A stretch of 64,000 nucleotides of DNA, from positions 27,646-91,645 of the IMG/VR virus record IMGVR_UViG_2895427314_000002. One strand, given 5' to 3'. Of the stretch, positions 36,984-47,139 are shown one piece after another. This DNA comes from a virus. Lineage: Duplodnaviria; Caudoviricetes. The stretch's first letter is position 1, and each line of letters starts with the position of its first letter. The translations under genes were made by a program, and so were the position numbers. The notes under the pieces are model-generated. The model ran no database searches and had not been told where the DNA came from. It saw nothing but the letters and a program-made list of their open reading frames with translations.

Positions 36984-37123
36984 TGCTCCGCGCGGCTTCC
37001 CCGTACGCGTGTCGAGCACCCGGCGCGGGCCGCACGCCTCCTCTGCTGTTGAGGGGCAGCACGAAAGGCCCCGGCCCGCGCCGCTGGACCCCCACCACCC
37101 CGTGACCTGAGGGAGAACCCGTC

Positions 37124-37606
37124 GTGGCCGACTTCACATGTAACATCGCGCTCGGCCGGGCCGTCGAGCTGGTCAACCGGGTCAAGACCGGCGACCCCGC
37201 CGGCTCCAGCCTGATCGTGGTGGCGCTGGCCACGTCCGGCCTGGAGTCGGACGCGGTGCTGCGCGACAAGGACACCCTGGCCGACCTCGTCGCGGGCACC
37301 ACCAACGAGGTCCCGGTCGGCAATGGCTACGCCCGCAAGAGCATCGTCGCGGCCGACCTCAACCCGGTCGCTCCGGACGACGTCAACGACCGCACCGACC
37401 TCGACATCCCCGACCAGACGTGGGCGAGCGTGCTGGCCGCGTCGGGAGGCTGGTCCAAGCTCGTCATCTGCTACAAGCCCGCCGCCGCCTCGACCGACGC
37501 CCAGATCGTCCCCCTCACCTGTCACGACTTCGTGATCGCACCGGATGGGACTGACATCGTGGCACAGATCTCCGCCACTGGGTTCTTCCGCGCTGCCCCC
37601 CTGTAG
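37124..37606 (+). CDS. virion structural protein (fibre/tail-like)
   Basis: GNGYARK...P.GTDI..QI...GFF beta-rich pattern. Confidence 0.65.
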   Translation: MADFTCNIALGRAVELVNRVKTGDPAGSSLIVVALATSGLESDAVLRDKDTLADLVAGTTNEVPVGNGYARKSIVAADLNPVAPDDVNDRTDLDIPDQTWASVLAASGGWSKLVICYKPAAASTDAQIVPLTCHDFVIAPDGTDIVAQISATGFFRAAPL

Positions 37607-37614
37607 GCCGGGCC

Positions 37615-38913
37615 GTGCTGCGCAGGAACTCCTTCAACGGCGGCACCGCGGGGACGTCCGTCACCGTCGCGAATTCGGGCGGAACCTCTGGCGACGCCTT
37701 CCAGGTGACCAACGGGTCTCCCACGTACGTGGCCGCCACCGGCACGCGGGCGCCGCTCGCCGCGTCGCTTAACGACCCCGACACGGTGCAATGGCGGAAC
37801 ATCGTCACCGCCGGGCGCGAGCTGTGGATCCGCACCTACGTGATGTTCGCGTCGCTCCCCTCGGCCGAAGACTGGTGGTTCGAGCTGAACCAGCAGGCCA
37901 CCTCCACCGCCGTGGCCCGGCTCACGGTCGGCCCAACCGGGACCATCGCCATCCGGCGCGACATCAACAACCCCATCCTGTGCTCCATCCCAGCCGCCGT
38001 CACCGCCGGCCAGTGGGCGCGGATCGAGGCACGGGTGCTGGTCGGCACCACCACCACGAACGGGCAGGTCAACCTGTGGGTGTACCAGACGCCCGAGGCG
38101 GCAACCACGACGTTGCAGGCGAGCGCCACCGGCGTCAACGTCGGCACCACGCTCATCGATGAGGCCGCGGTCGTCTACTTGCCCGGCTACACGCTCACGG
38201 CCGACGACTTCGCCGTCTCCGACCAGGGCAAGCTCGGCGCGGCGTTCCCGTCGAACCCGGCCATCGTCGTGCAGGCCGCCGCCACCACCGAGCAGGCCCA
38301 GGCGGTGGGACGACTCAAGCAACGGACGCTTGGCCACCCCGCGTCCCAGGAGACGGCGGCCTCGATCCGGCCCATCCGGCGGCGCACGCTCGGGCAAGCC
38401 GCCGAAGCCGCCACCGCCCTGCCGGTCACCGCGTCGAAGATCCACACCCTCCAGACCGCGCACGAGACCAACACCGCGCACCTCGTAGCGGGCGCGCACC
38501 GCCGCCTCGTCGGCCCAGCCGCCGAAGGCGACCAGGCGCAGCCCATCACGAACGGCACGTTCCTCAGCGTCGCCACCGAAGCGAACCTCGCGCTGCCGAT
38601 CACGCCGCGCAAGACGCGGACGCTCGGGACCGCCCTCGACGCGAGCACGGCCACCACGGTCCGGCCGGCGAGGGCCCGCACGGTGGGCCAGGCCGTCGAG
38701 TCCGGGCAGGCGCAGCCGGTCGGCCGCCGCAAGATCCGGCTCGTCGCCGCCGTCGTGGAGGCCGACCAGGCGCAGCCGCTCCGGCGGCTCGGCCGCGAGG
38801 TCACCGGCGCAGAAGGGCCGCACCGCACGTGGGGTGCCACGCTGACGCGCCGCAGTTGGAGCGCCGACCCGCCTCGCCGTACCTGGTCCGCCGCGCGCAC
38901 GAAGGAGCCGTGA
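37615..38913 (+). CDS. lectin-like domain followed by ~20-aa repeats; probable virion fibre
   Basis: Beta-sandwich-like N-half (GQWARIE); repeats LG.A.E...A.P......RT. Confidence 0.65.
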   Translation: MLRRNSFNGGTAGTSVTVANSGGTSGDAFQVTNGSPTYVAATGTRAPLAASLNDPDTVQWRNIVTAGRELWIRTYVMFASLPSAEDWWFELNQQATSTAVARLTVGPTGTIAIRRDINNPILCSIPAAVTAGQWARIEARVLVGTTTTNGQVNLWVYQTPEAATTTLQASATGVNVGTTLIDEAAVVYLPGYTLTADDFAVSDQGKLGAAFPSNPAIVVQAAATTEQAQAVGRLKQRTLGHPASQETAASIRPIRRRTLGQAAEAATALPVTASKIHTLQTAHETNTAHLVAGAHRRLVGPAAEGDQAQPITNGTFLSVATEANLALPITPRKTRTLGTALDASTATTVRPARARTVGQAVESGQAQPVGRRKIRLVAAVVEADQAQPLRRLGREVTGAEGPHRTWGATLTRRSWSADPPRRTWSAARTKEP

Positions 38914-39212
38914 TGGCTGAGTCGATCTCGTCGCTGTCGTGCGAGTACCTGCCGTTCTTCGTGCGCGGCGCGACCGGTACCGAGCAGGTGGAGATCGCGT
39001 TCACTACGCCCGGCGTCGAGCCCGCGCCGGGCGACTGGAAGGCGGCCGAATGGAAGCCCGGATCGGCCGGGGAGCGCGGTGCGACCGCGCAGATCCTGTT
39101 CGGTCTCGGCGGCACCACCTCCCGCCCGGAAGGCACCTGGCAGGCGTGGGTGCGCGTCACCGCGCCGCCGCAACTCCCGGTTCTGCCTGCCGGGCTGATC
39201 GACGTCATCTGA
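38913..39212 (+). CDS. small Ig-like structural protein
   Basis: DW.AAEW...GTWQAWVRVT.PP..PVL.AG. Confidence 0.65.
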   Translation: MAESISSLSCEYLPFFVRGATGTEQVEIAFTTPGVEPAPGDWKAAEWKPGSAGERGATAQILFGLGGTTSRPEGTWQAWVRVTAPPQLPVLPAGLIDVI

Positions 39213-39942
39213 TCCCTGATCGGGCCGGGCCGCCGCGCCGTCTGCCGAGCAGTACTCCGACCCCAACGGCGACGACCACCGCCATCCCACTCAGCACGAG
39301 ACCCCGAGACGGCTCACTTCGGGTCAGGCGCGAACGTTCAGCGACCGCCTCACCCGCCTGTACAGCCTTCTGATACTCCTCCTCGACGATCTCGCCGAAC
39401 CGTCGATCGTGATGGTTACGCTCGCTCGCCCGGAACCAGGTCCGGTTGACCTCCCAGTGCTCGCGGCCCATCCGCGACCGGAACCTGGCGGACGCCTGCA
39501 TCCGGAGTGCTTCTGTCGTCGTCTCCTTGAGCGCGTAGAACGACCGGAGGAGCGCGAGTTGCATGTTGGTGTACGCCCACCGCCGCATCTCCTCAAGCCC
39601 CTCCTCCGTGCCATCCCACATCGAGCCTTCCATCTGCATGAGGGACGGATCTTCTATCGCGAAACGCATCATCTCGACATGGAGCATCCGCACGGTGGTC
39701 TCCGACGAGATCCGCGCCGCCCGCGCTTGAAAAGCCACCGAAACGGCCAGCACCAAGATTGACGTCGCGGTCAACAGCGCGACGGCGGAGCCGTAGGCGT
39801 CACCGACGTCAGCGAGCAAGGCCCAGTTGACACCCGTCGCGTCGGCGAGCCGATCGAGCGCGAAGGGTGAGGCCAAGAGCATCAGAAGGACCGAGAGTCC
39901 TGCTGCCACCCCACCGGCCCACTTTGAGACGACTCTCGCCAT
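39205..39942 (-). CDS. DUF6082-like membrane protein (moron)
   Basis: W..LADVGDAYG..., 3 TM, antisense within the late operon. Confidence 0.75.
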   Translation of the reverse strand: MARVVSKWAGGVAAGLSVLLMLLASPFALDRLADATGVNWALLADVGDAYGSAVALLTATSILVLAVSVAFQARAARISSETTVRMLHVEMMRFAIEDPSLMQMEGSMWDGTEEGLEEMRRWAYTNMQLALLRSFYALKETTTEALRMQASARFRSRMGREHWEVNRTWFRASERNHHDRRFGEIVEEEYQKAVQAGEAVAERSRLTRSEPSRGLVLSGMAVVVAVGVGVLLGRRRGGPARSGIR

Positions 39943-40141
39943 GGCTTCGCCCCTCTCCGAAAGATGTCCACCCCCGGTATCCGCTCCCACCGCGACGGCA
40001 TTACAGGAGTCGTGCGGACTCGTTGCAGGCCAAGGCGCTCACGACGGTTCGCATCTGCAGTCCCGCCGCACCCTGCTGTGTGCGCTTGCCGTGCTGCCCT
40101 ACACGCTGCGTCCCTTCGAGAAGGAATGAGGGCGAAAGATC

Positions 40142-41716
40142 ATGCCGCTTCCGGTTAATGATCAGGAGTGGCCGCCGCCGCATCTCAAGCGCGAGATGCG
40201 GCTGTACCGCGAGTGGGGTGCCTGGTACGCGGGCGACCCGGACGAGTTGGCCGACGTGTACGGCTCGACGGGGATGATGCACGGCATCGGCCTGGACCCC
40301 AAGGGCTGGGACCGGCCGTCCAAGGGGTTCACCGGATGGATCCAGCGCGCCGCCCGCTGGTTCTGGGGTGCACCCGTCCCGCTCGGGCAGGTCCGCTCCA
40401 CGAAGCTGCACGTTCCGATCGCCGGGGACATCTCCGCGACCAGCGCGGACTTGTTGTTCTCGGAGCCGCCCACGCTGAGGATCGCCGGGAAGAAGTCGCA
40501 GGCCCGCCTCGACCGCGTCATGCGCGACGCGGGCATCTACGGTTCGCTGCTGGAAGCGGCCGAGATCGGCTCCGCGTACGGTGGTGCCTACCTGCGGGCC
40601 GGGTGGGATACGGAGATGTACGACCACCCGGTCATGAGCGTGCTGCCGCCGGATGCCGCCGTGCCGGAGTTCAGGTACGGCAGGTTGAGCGCCGTCACGT
40701 TCTGGCGGGTGCTCGCCGAAGACGGCGACCGGCAGGTGTGGCGGCACCTGGAACGCCACGAGAAGGGCAGAGTGCTGCATGGCCTGTACCTGGGCACGCC
40801 GGATCGGCTCGGCCACCAGGTGCCGCTGGCTGACCACCCGGAAACCGAGATCTACGCCGACGAGGTGGACGAGGATGGCGGGTTCGACTCACGGTTTCCG
40901 CGCGGTCTGCTGGTGTCGTACATCCCGAACATGCGCCCCCACCGGCTGATCAGGGGCACCAGCCTGGGCCGGTCCGACTACCAGGGCGTCGAGCACCTGA
41001 TGGACGCCCTGGATGAGGTGTGGACGAGCTTCATGCGCGACTTCCGAATCGGGAAGGGCCGCGTGATCGTCCCAGACATCTTCCTCGACTCACTCGGGCG
41101 CGGCCAGGGCGCGGCGTGGGATCCGGACCGGGAAATCTACGCGGGACTCGGCATGCTGCCGCCGCCTGGCGCCCAGGCCAACTCCATGCTGACGATCACG
41201 CAGTTCGCCATCCGGGTGAAGGAGCACGTGGATGGCGGGAAGGCGCTCGCCGCGCAGATCCTGCGCGGCGCCGGATACTCGGCGCAGTCGTTCGGCGAGT
41301 CGGACGGGTCCGGGCAGCAGATCACCGCGACCGAGGTCCACGCACGCGAGCGTAAGAGCTTTTCCACGCGCGGACGGAAGACCGGGTACTGGAATCCCAC
41401 CCTGCAATGGACACCGGACGTGCTGCTGTCCATCGACCGCGAGGTGTTCGGGCGGAAGGTCAGCGCGGACAAGGTCGAGGTGCACTGGCCGGACGGCGTC
41501 CAGCCCGATCCCGAAGCTCTCGGCCGCACCGTGGAGCTGTTCAACCGGGCACAGGCCATGAGCGTGGAGACGAAGATCCGCACCGTGCACCCGGAGTGGG
41601 ACGACGACCAAGTGCGCGAGGAGACGCACCGGTTGCGTGACGAACTCGGCCTCAACGTGCCCGACCCGGACCGGCTCGACGACGTGCTCGTGCCCAGCGC
41701 CGCCGGCGACGAGTAG
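40142..41716 (+). CDS. portal protein (SPP1/A118-like)
   Basis: 524 aa; SADLLFSE, GRSDY...LMDALDE, TATEV. Confidence 0.93.
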   Translation: MPLPVNDQEWPPPHLKREMRLYREWGAWYAGDPDELADVYGSTGMMHGIGLDPKGWDRPSKGFTGWIQRAARWFWGAPVPLGQVRSTKLHVPIAGDISATSADLLFSEPPTLRIAGKKSQARLDRVMRDAGIYGSLLEAAEIGSAYGGAYLRAGWDTEMYDHPVMSVLPPDAAVPEFRYGRLSAVTFWRVLAEDGDRQVWRHLERHEKGRVLHGLYLGTPDRLGHQVPLADHPETEIYADEVDEDGGFDSRFPRGLLVSYIPNMRPHRLIRGTSLGRSDYQGVEHLMDALDEVWTSFMRDFRIGKGRVIVPDIFLDSLGRGQGAAWDPDREIYAGLGMLPPPGAQANSMLTITQFAIRVKEHVDGGKALAAQILRGAGYSAQSFGESDGSGQQITATEVHARERKSFSTRGRKTGYWNPTLQWTPDVLLSIDREVFGRKVSADKVEVHWPDGVQPDPEALGRTVELFNRAQAMSVETKIRTVHPEWDDDQVREETHRLRDELGLNVPDPDRLDDVLVPSAAGDE

Positions 41717-41722
41717 CCGCCG

Positions 41723-43600
41723 GTGAGCACGCCGACGCTGGCGCTCCCGGCCGGGCCGCAGGAGGCTGCCCAGATCGAGGCTGCGCTGGAGCACGCCCGA
41801 GCCGTGGCCGCCCTGTACTGGCAGGCCGAACGCGAACTGCTGCGCGTGGTGTCGGAGGCGCTGGCCAAGCGGGAGGGCGAACCCGCGTACGCGGGCCCGC
41901 GCTTCGCCGAACTCCGGGCGCTGCGCCGCGAGGCCCATCGCGTCGTCGGCCGCCTGGAACGGCTGTCGGAGCGGCTGGTGACGACCGGTGTCAACGCGGC
42001 GTGGCGGCGCGGCACCGCCCGCGCTCTGGACGACCTTGCACATCTCGGCGCCCAGCGCGGTATCCCGCAGGGGCAGGGCGTCATCGAGCTCGCCCGCCGC
42101 GGTGTCCGCCTGGTGGCCTCCACTCAGCCGGGCATGCGGTCGTCGCCGGAGTTCCTGTTCCAGCAGATCGTCAACGAGGTGTCGGCGCTCGCGCTCACCG
42201 GCGCGATCTCCCGCCACCAGGCCCAGGCCCGCGCCCTGGACAAGGTGGCCAGGAGAGGGATCACCGGGTTCACCGACACGTCCGGCCGCGTCTGGTCCGT
42301 GACCGCGTACGCGGAGGCGGCGGTGCGGGCCGCGATGGCGCAGGCCGCGACGGACGGCCACCTGGCCACTCTCGCCGAGAACGGGATCGACCTCGTCATC
42401 GTGTCCCGGCTGTCGTACACGTGCGACCGGTGCGCCCGCTGGGAGGGCAAGATCCTGTCCCAGGAGGGGCCGATCGGCTTCCGCCAGGTCGAGTCGGCCG
42501 TCTCCGACGACATGGTGGACGTGCTGGTTGAGGGCACCGTCGCGCAGGCCCGCGCCGCCGGCCTGCTCCATCCCGGCTGCGGCCACACGCTCGGTGCCTA
42601 CCTGCCTGGCGCGACGCGTCCGCCCCGCCCGGCCCCGCATCGCGGCACCTACCAGGGGGCGCAGAAGATGCGCCGCCTGGAGTCGGAGCTGCGTAGCGCG
42701 AAGCGGCAGGCGGGGGTCGCGCTGGACGCCGGGCAGCGGCGCAAGGCCGACGCGCGGGCCGCCCGCCTCACCCAGCAGATCCGGGAGCATGCCAGAGCGT
42801 CCGGCATCCCGTCCCGCGCCGACCGGCAGCGCCAGGACACGCTGCCGCGCGACCTCGACCGGCTGCCGGACGAGGACCTGGCCGCGCTGCTGGGCCGATG
42901 GGGGAACGACGAGGCGGCGGTCGCCCGCATCACCGGCGTGCTGGAGCGGCGCGACACCGAACGCGACCAGCAACGCGAGGAGCGGGTGCGGGAGGCGGTC
43001 GCCGAGCTGCCGCCGGAGTTCGTGAACGCCTCCGACGATCAGGTGCTGGACCTGGTGCGGCAGTTCTCGGAGGCGGGCGACACCGTGGCGCTGGAGCGGC
43101 TGCTGGCCGAACTCGACGCCCGCGAGGAGAACCCGACGTGGTCGTGGCGGGCCGACGACACCGCAGAGGACCGCGCCGTCACCGACCTCATCGACGACGG
43201 CATCGACCCGATGGACGCCTACGCGCAGGTGTACGGCCTCGATCCCGAGGTGATGCGAAGGCAGGAGTCCCGCCAGGTCGCCGAGCAGATGCGGCGGCCG
43301 GGGGAGACCCTCGACCAGGTGGCACGACGGCTGTACGACGAATGGCTGGAGATCCAGTTCGTCGCGGCCGAACGGTACACGCGCGGCATCCTCGTCAACG
43401 CCGCCGGGCGCGCAGCCGGGATAGACGGCCGGACGCTGCTGTCCGGGCCGCAGGCACGAGCCGACCGGTACGCCTCCGACGAGCTGCGCGCGTGGTGGGA
43501 GCAGCACCCGCGCATGACGCTCGTGGAGTTCCGGGCGCAGATGCTGGGCCGCGCCTCTGACCGCAGAGCCGCCCAGCGAGCGAGGGAGCAGCGCCGATGA
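41723..43600 (+). CDS. minor capsid (MuF-like) protein with a long C-terminal extension
   Basis: GFTD.SGR.W, CDRC..WEG, GLLHPGCGH; about 250 extra C-terminal residues. Confidence 0.85.
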   Translation: MSTPTLALPAGPQEAAQIEAALEHARAVAALYWQAERELLRVVSEALAKREGEPAYAGPRFAELRALRREAHRVVGRLERLSERLVTTGVNAAWRRGTARALDDLAHLGAQRGIPQGQGVIELARRGVRLVASTQPGMRSSPEFLFQQIVNEVSALALTGAISRHQAQARALDKVARRGITGFTDTSGRVWSVTAYAEAAVRAAMAQAATDGHLATLAENGIDLVIVSRLSYTCDRCARWEGKILSQEGPIGFRQVESAVSDDMVDVLVEGTVAQARAAGLLHPGCGHTLGAYLPGATRPPRPAPHRGTYQGAQKMRRLESELRSAKRQAGVALDAGQRRKADARAARLTQQIREHARASGIPSRADRQRQDTLPRDLDRLPDEDLAALLGRWGNDEAAVARITGVLERRDTERDQQREERVREAVAELPPEFVNASDDQVLDLVRQFSEAGDTVALERLLAELDAREENPTWSWRADDTAEDRAVTDLIDDGIDPMDAYAQVYGLDPEVMRRQESRQVAEQMRRPGETLDQVARRLYDEWLEIQFVAAERYTRGILVNAAGRAAGIDGRTLLSGPQARADRYASDELRAWWEQHPRMTLVEFRAQMLGRASDRRAAQRAREQRR

Positions 43601-43767
43601 GCCTCACCGACCTCGACCGGCGCGCGGCCATCACGACCGCGCGGTGGGCCGCGCAGCGGTCGCGGCCGGTCACGGAATGCCCGTACGACGCCGCCGGTGA
43701 CGCCCGCTCCCGGGCGCTCGCCGTGCTGTGGCTGCGCATCTACCGCAGGTACCGGCCACCGGCCTGA
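43597..43767 (+). CDS. 56-aa Rmf/CrpP-like protein (absent from ORF track)
   Basis: AA...P..ECPY......LA.LW...Y; ATGA coupled to the minor capsid gene. Confidence 0.65.
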   Translation: MSLTDLDRRAAITTARWAAQRSRPVTECPYDAAGDARSRALAVLWLRIYRRYRPPA

Positions 43768-43854
43768 CGCCGGAGCTGATCACCTGCCCTGTCTTGTCGG
43801 GGCCCGCCTGGCGCGGGCCCGTTCTCATGTCCGGCTCCGGGAGGGCCAGCACCG

Positions 43855-44751
43855 ATGTCCGATCACAAGCTGCCGACGACGCCTGGCGCGATCATCGGCT
43901 ACCGCAAATCCGGTCGGCCCATCCGTCTCATCGCGGGAGGCAACGGCGAAGGCGACGGCACCGGCAGCGGGGGAGCCGGAAGCGGATCCCCGAGCGGAAG
44001 CGAAGGCCAGCCACAGGAAGACGGCGCCCAGCAGGGCGGCGGCACGACCGCGGCCGGGGTCACGCAGCCGGACAGGTCCTCATGGATTAACCCGGACGAG
44101 CCGATCGACCCGGACGCCATCAAAGTGGACCAGCTCCCGTCGTGGGGGCAGAAGCTGTTCCGCGACCTGCGCAAGGAAGCGGCCGACTACCGGTCCAAGC
44201 TGGCCGACGCGACCAAGGCCGCAGACGACGCCGCCAAGGCGAAGGGCCCGTCCCCGGAGGAGATCACCGCGCAGGTGCAGGCCGACTTCGCGGCGCAGAT
44301 CGGCAAGGCGCTGGGGCTGGTCACTGACGAGCAGGACACCAAGCTCACCCCCGAGCAGGTGATCGAACAGCTCACCGGTGAGCGGGACACCACCGCGAAG
44401 GAGCGCGACGAGGAGAAGGGGCGGCACCGCCGCGCCCTGGTCGAGCTGGCCGTGCACCGCGCCGGCTCGAAGATGGGCGCCGACCCTGACGCCCTCCTCG
44501 ACAGCCGGTCCTTCGTGAAGAAGATCCGCGACCTGGACCCTGACGCCGAGGACTTCGTGACGGCGCTAGGCGACATCATCCAGCTCGCGCTCGATGACAA
44601 CCCCAAGTACAAGGCGGGCTCCCTGGCGGGGCCGCCCCCGAGGAGCGGAGGGGAGTTCGCCGGCGGGCCTGGCGGGCGTCCCAGCGGCTCCGAGCCCACC
44701 ATCGACGACTTCCGCAAGCGCCGCGCGGCGGCCAAGCAGAAGCCGTCCTAG
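43855..44751 (+). CDS. capsid scaffolding protein
   Basis: LRKEAADYR, ALLDSRSF, RSGGEF; directly upstream of the capsid gene. Confidence 0.85.
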   Translation: MSDHKLPTTPGAIIGYRKSGRPIRLIAGGNGEGDGTGSGGAGSGSPSGSEGQPQEDGAQQGGGTTAAGVTQPDRSSWINPDEPIDPDAIKVDQLPSWGQKLFRDLRKEAADYRSKLADATKAADDAAKAKGPSPEEITAQVQADFAAQIGKALGLVTDEQDTKLTPEQVIEQLTGERDTTAKERDEEKGRHRRALVELAVHRAGSKMGADPDALLDSRSFVKKIRDLDPDAEDFVTALGDIIQLALDDNPKYKAGSLAGPPPRSGGEFAGGPGGRPSGSEPTIDDFRKRRAAAKQKPS

Positions 44752-44759
44752 CCCTGCTT

Positions 44760-44777
44760 GTTGGCGGTCCTGCCAAC
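44760..44777. promoter_or_regulatory. 18-bp palindrome copy GTTGGCGGTCCTGCCAAC
   Basis: One mismatch; between scaffold and capsid genes. Confidence 0.75.
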
Positions 44778-44805
44778 CGGCTCGCATGTTCAGGAGTAAG
44801 GCCCG

Positions 44806-45744
44806 ATGCCGAACACGTTTCTCACGCCGTCGATCATCGCCCGGCAGGCGCTGGCGAACCTCTACGAAACCACGGTCATGAGCCAGCTCGTGCACCGTGA
44901 CTATGAGGAGGAGTTCGTCAACCGGATCGGCGACACGATCACGATCCGCAAGCCCGCGATCTTCGAGGCGACCCAGTTCAACCGCACCACGGGCATCGTC
45001 ATCCAGAACGCGACGGAGGGATCGATCCCGATCACCCTCGACAAGTTCGTTGACGTCAGCTTCGCGGTGACGTCCGAGGAGTTGACCTTGGACATCATCG
45101 ACTTCAACGCCCAGCTCCTCGCCCCCGCGGTCGAGGCGATCGCGCAGCGGATCGACCGCGACATCCTGACCCTGCGCAGCGACATCGTCCAGCGCACCGG
45201 GGTCGCCGGCTCCACGGTGACCGGCGTGACCGGCACCAACGAGTGGGCCTGGGACAACCCGCGCGTCGTCATCGACGCGCGCCGGGTGCTCAACCAGAGG
45301 AACGTGCCGCCGACCGATCGGAACGTGGTGGTGGGGCCGGAGATCGAGGCGCAGTGGCTCGGCGACCCGCTGTTCCACCAGGCCGACACGAGAGGCGACA
45401 CGGAGGGTCTCCGCGAGGCCAACCTCGGCAGGCGCATCTTCGGTCACGACGGCTACCAGACGCAGAACATCAAGGGCCCGACCGGCACGCCGGCGTCCGG
45501 TCAGCCGAACACGGAGATCGGCGTCGCGTTTCATAAGACGGCGTTCGCCCTCGTGACCAGGCCCTTGGTTCTGCCGCAGGGCGCGGCCAACGCTCACGTC
45601 GAGAGCTACAAGGGGTTCGCGCTCAGGGTGGTCATGGGCTACGACCAGACCAAAAAGCAGGACGTCGTGAGCATCGACACGCTCTATGACGTCAAGACGT
45701 TGGACCCGAACAGGGCCGTGTTGATCCACGGAGTTGCGGCCTGA
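44806..45744 (+). CDS. major capsid protein (P22 coat-like)
   Basis: MPNTFLTP.IIA, GDTITIRKP, AFHKTAFALVTRPL..P, D.LY.VKTLDP. Confidence 0.93.
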   Translation: MPNTFLTPSIIARQALANLYETTVMSQLVHRDYEEEFVNRIGDTITIRKPAIFEATQFNRTTGIVIQNATEGSIPITLDKFVDVSFAVTSEELTLDIIDFNAQLLAPAVEAIAQRIDRDILTLRSDIVQRTGVAGSTVTGVTGTNEWAWDNPRVVIDARRVLNQRNVPPTDRNVVVGPEIEAQWLGDPLFHQADTRGDTEGLREANLGRRIFGHDGYQTQNIKGPTGTPASGQPNTEIGVAFHKTAFALVTRPLVLPQGAANAHVESYKGFALRVVMGYDQTKKQDVVSIDTLYDVKTLDPNRAVLIHGVAA

Positions 45745-46088
45745 TGTGGCGCTACACCAACGCCAACACCGGCCAGGTCGTGGACGTGCCAGAGCGGGAC
45801 GCGTGCCTGGACATGCTGCCGAACTGGACGGCCACCCGCGACCCCGCCGAACCCGCCGTCGCGGGCGCGGGGTCGCCTCTACCGCCGTCGCTGGTCGATG
45901 TCGTCGCGGCGGCCACACAGGGCATTCGCCCGCCGGAGGGCGCCAAGAAGGACGCGTGGATCGCCTACGCCGTGGCGCGCGGCATGGCCGAGGCCGACGC
46001 CCGCGCGCTGCGCAAGGACGCGCTCATCGAGGAGTTCGGCGAGAACTCCGACGACGACGAGGAGGGGAGCAGCGATGGCCAGGACTGA
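45744..46088 (+). CDS. hypothetical virion-associated protein
   Basis: C-terminal helix pair WIAYA...KDALI. Confidence 0.7.
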   Translation: MWRYTNANTGQVVDVPERDACLDMLPNWTATRDPAEPAVAGAGSPLPPSLVDVVAAATQGIRPPEGAKKDAWIAYAVARGMAEADARALRKDALIEEFGENSDDDEEGSSDGQD

Positions 46089-46419
46089 CCTGCCGATCAC
46101 GCCCATGCCGCGCGCCGGGCTCAGCCTGGCAGGGGCGCTGCCCACGGCGGCCATCGCGGACGGCCACATGTTCGGCCAGTCCGCCAAGCGATTCGTCCGC
46201 GTGAAGAACTCCGGCGGCACCCCGCGCACGGTGACCGCGGTCATCCCCGGCGAGCTGGAGGGCCAGCCGCTCCCCGACGTGCCGTACACGATCCCGGCCA
46301 CCACCGGGGACGTGCTGATCCCGCCGCTCGGCGACGTATTCCGGCAGAGCGACGGCAAGGTGCACCTCAACTACGACGACCCGGCCGGGCTGACCATCGC
46401 CGTGTACGAGCTGCCCTGA
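46075..46419 (+). CDS. putative head decoration/structural protein
   Basis: VKNSGG..RTVT beta-sandwich; position in head module. Confidence 0.65.
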   Translation: MARTDLPITPMPRAGLSLAGALPTAAIADGHMFGQSAKRFVRVKNSGGTPRTVTAVIPGELEGQPLPDVPYTIPATTGDVLIPPLGDVFRQSDGKVHLNYDDPAGLTIAVYELP

Positions 46420-46429
46420 GGAGGCCGTC

Positions 46430-46825
46430 GTGGTGGTGTACGCGACCGCGGCCGACTACGCGACCTACACCGGGCAGCCGGCCTCAGCCGGGATCGACGC
46501 GGTGCTGGCGCGGGCGTCGGAGCGAATCGACGAACTGCTCGTGGCGGCGCTCTACGACACCGACCCGGTCACGCAGATGCCGACCGACCCTGCAGAGGCC
46601 GAGGCGATCACGCGGGCGACGTGCGCGCAGGCCGCGTGGTCGCTCGCGGTCGGCGACCCGTACGGCGTGGCGTCGGCGTACTCAGAGGTGAAGATCGGCT
46701 CTGTCAACCTGAAGGCGACCAACGGCGGCGGCGCTGGACCGGCGCGCCATGCTCCGGACGCAGCCAGCATCCTGCGGACCGCAGGACTGCTGCCGGGCTA
46801 CGTGATCGATCAAGGCGCGTGGTAG
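46430..46825 (+). CDS. head-to-tail adaptor
   Basis: YAT..DY...LARASE.ID...ATCAQ...IGSV. Confidence 0.8.
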   Translation: MVVYATAADYATYTGQPASAGIDAVLARASERIDELLVAALYDTDPVTQMPTDPAEAEAITRATCAQAAWSLAVGDPYGVASAYSEVKIGSVNLKATNGGGAGPARHAPDAASILRTAGLLPGYVIDQGAW

Positions 46826-47139
46826 TGGTGCTGATTCCTGAGTGGATGTTCAGGCACACCGCGACCATTGAGCCGTTCGAGGGCGACGGCGCCTATGGCC
46901 CGATCTACGGCGACCCGGTCACAGAGAAGTGCCTCGTGGACGACGAGCGGCGACTGGTCCGCAACGCCGAAGGGTCGGAGGTCGTGTCCGATATGACGAT
47001 CTTCCTGCGGGCCGGCGCGTACTACCCGGCGGGGAGCCGGGTCACGGTCGGCGGGCGGACAACCACGGTCATCGCCTCCAAGAACCGCGACGGCGGCGGA
47101 CTCCCGACACCGGATCACACAGAGGTGGTGTGCCGATGA
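46825..47139 (+). CDS. head-to-tail stopper
   Basis: Synteny; LVRN..G.EVVS, GSRVT. Confidence 0.75.
   Translation: MVLIPEWMFRHTATIEPFEGDGAYGPIYGDPVTEKCLVDDERRLVRNAEGSEVVSDMTIFLRAGAYYPAGSRVTVGGRTTTVIASKNRDGGGLPTPDHTEVVCR

Noticed and set aside
41090-43507. Long alternative-frame ORFs (also 2024-3979, 5460-7031, 49236-51539, 56921-58384)
   Set aside because: Shadow ORFs of GC-rich genes with R/P/G-rich composition and no motifs
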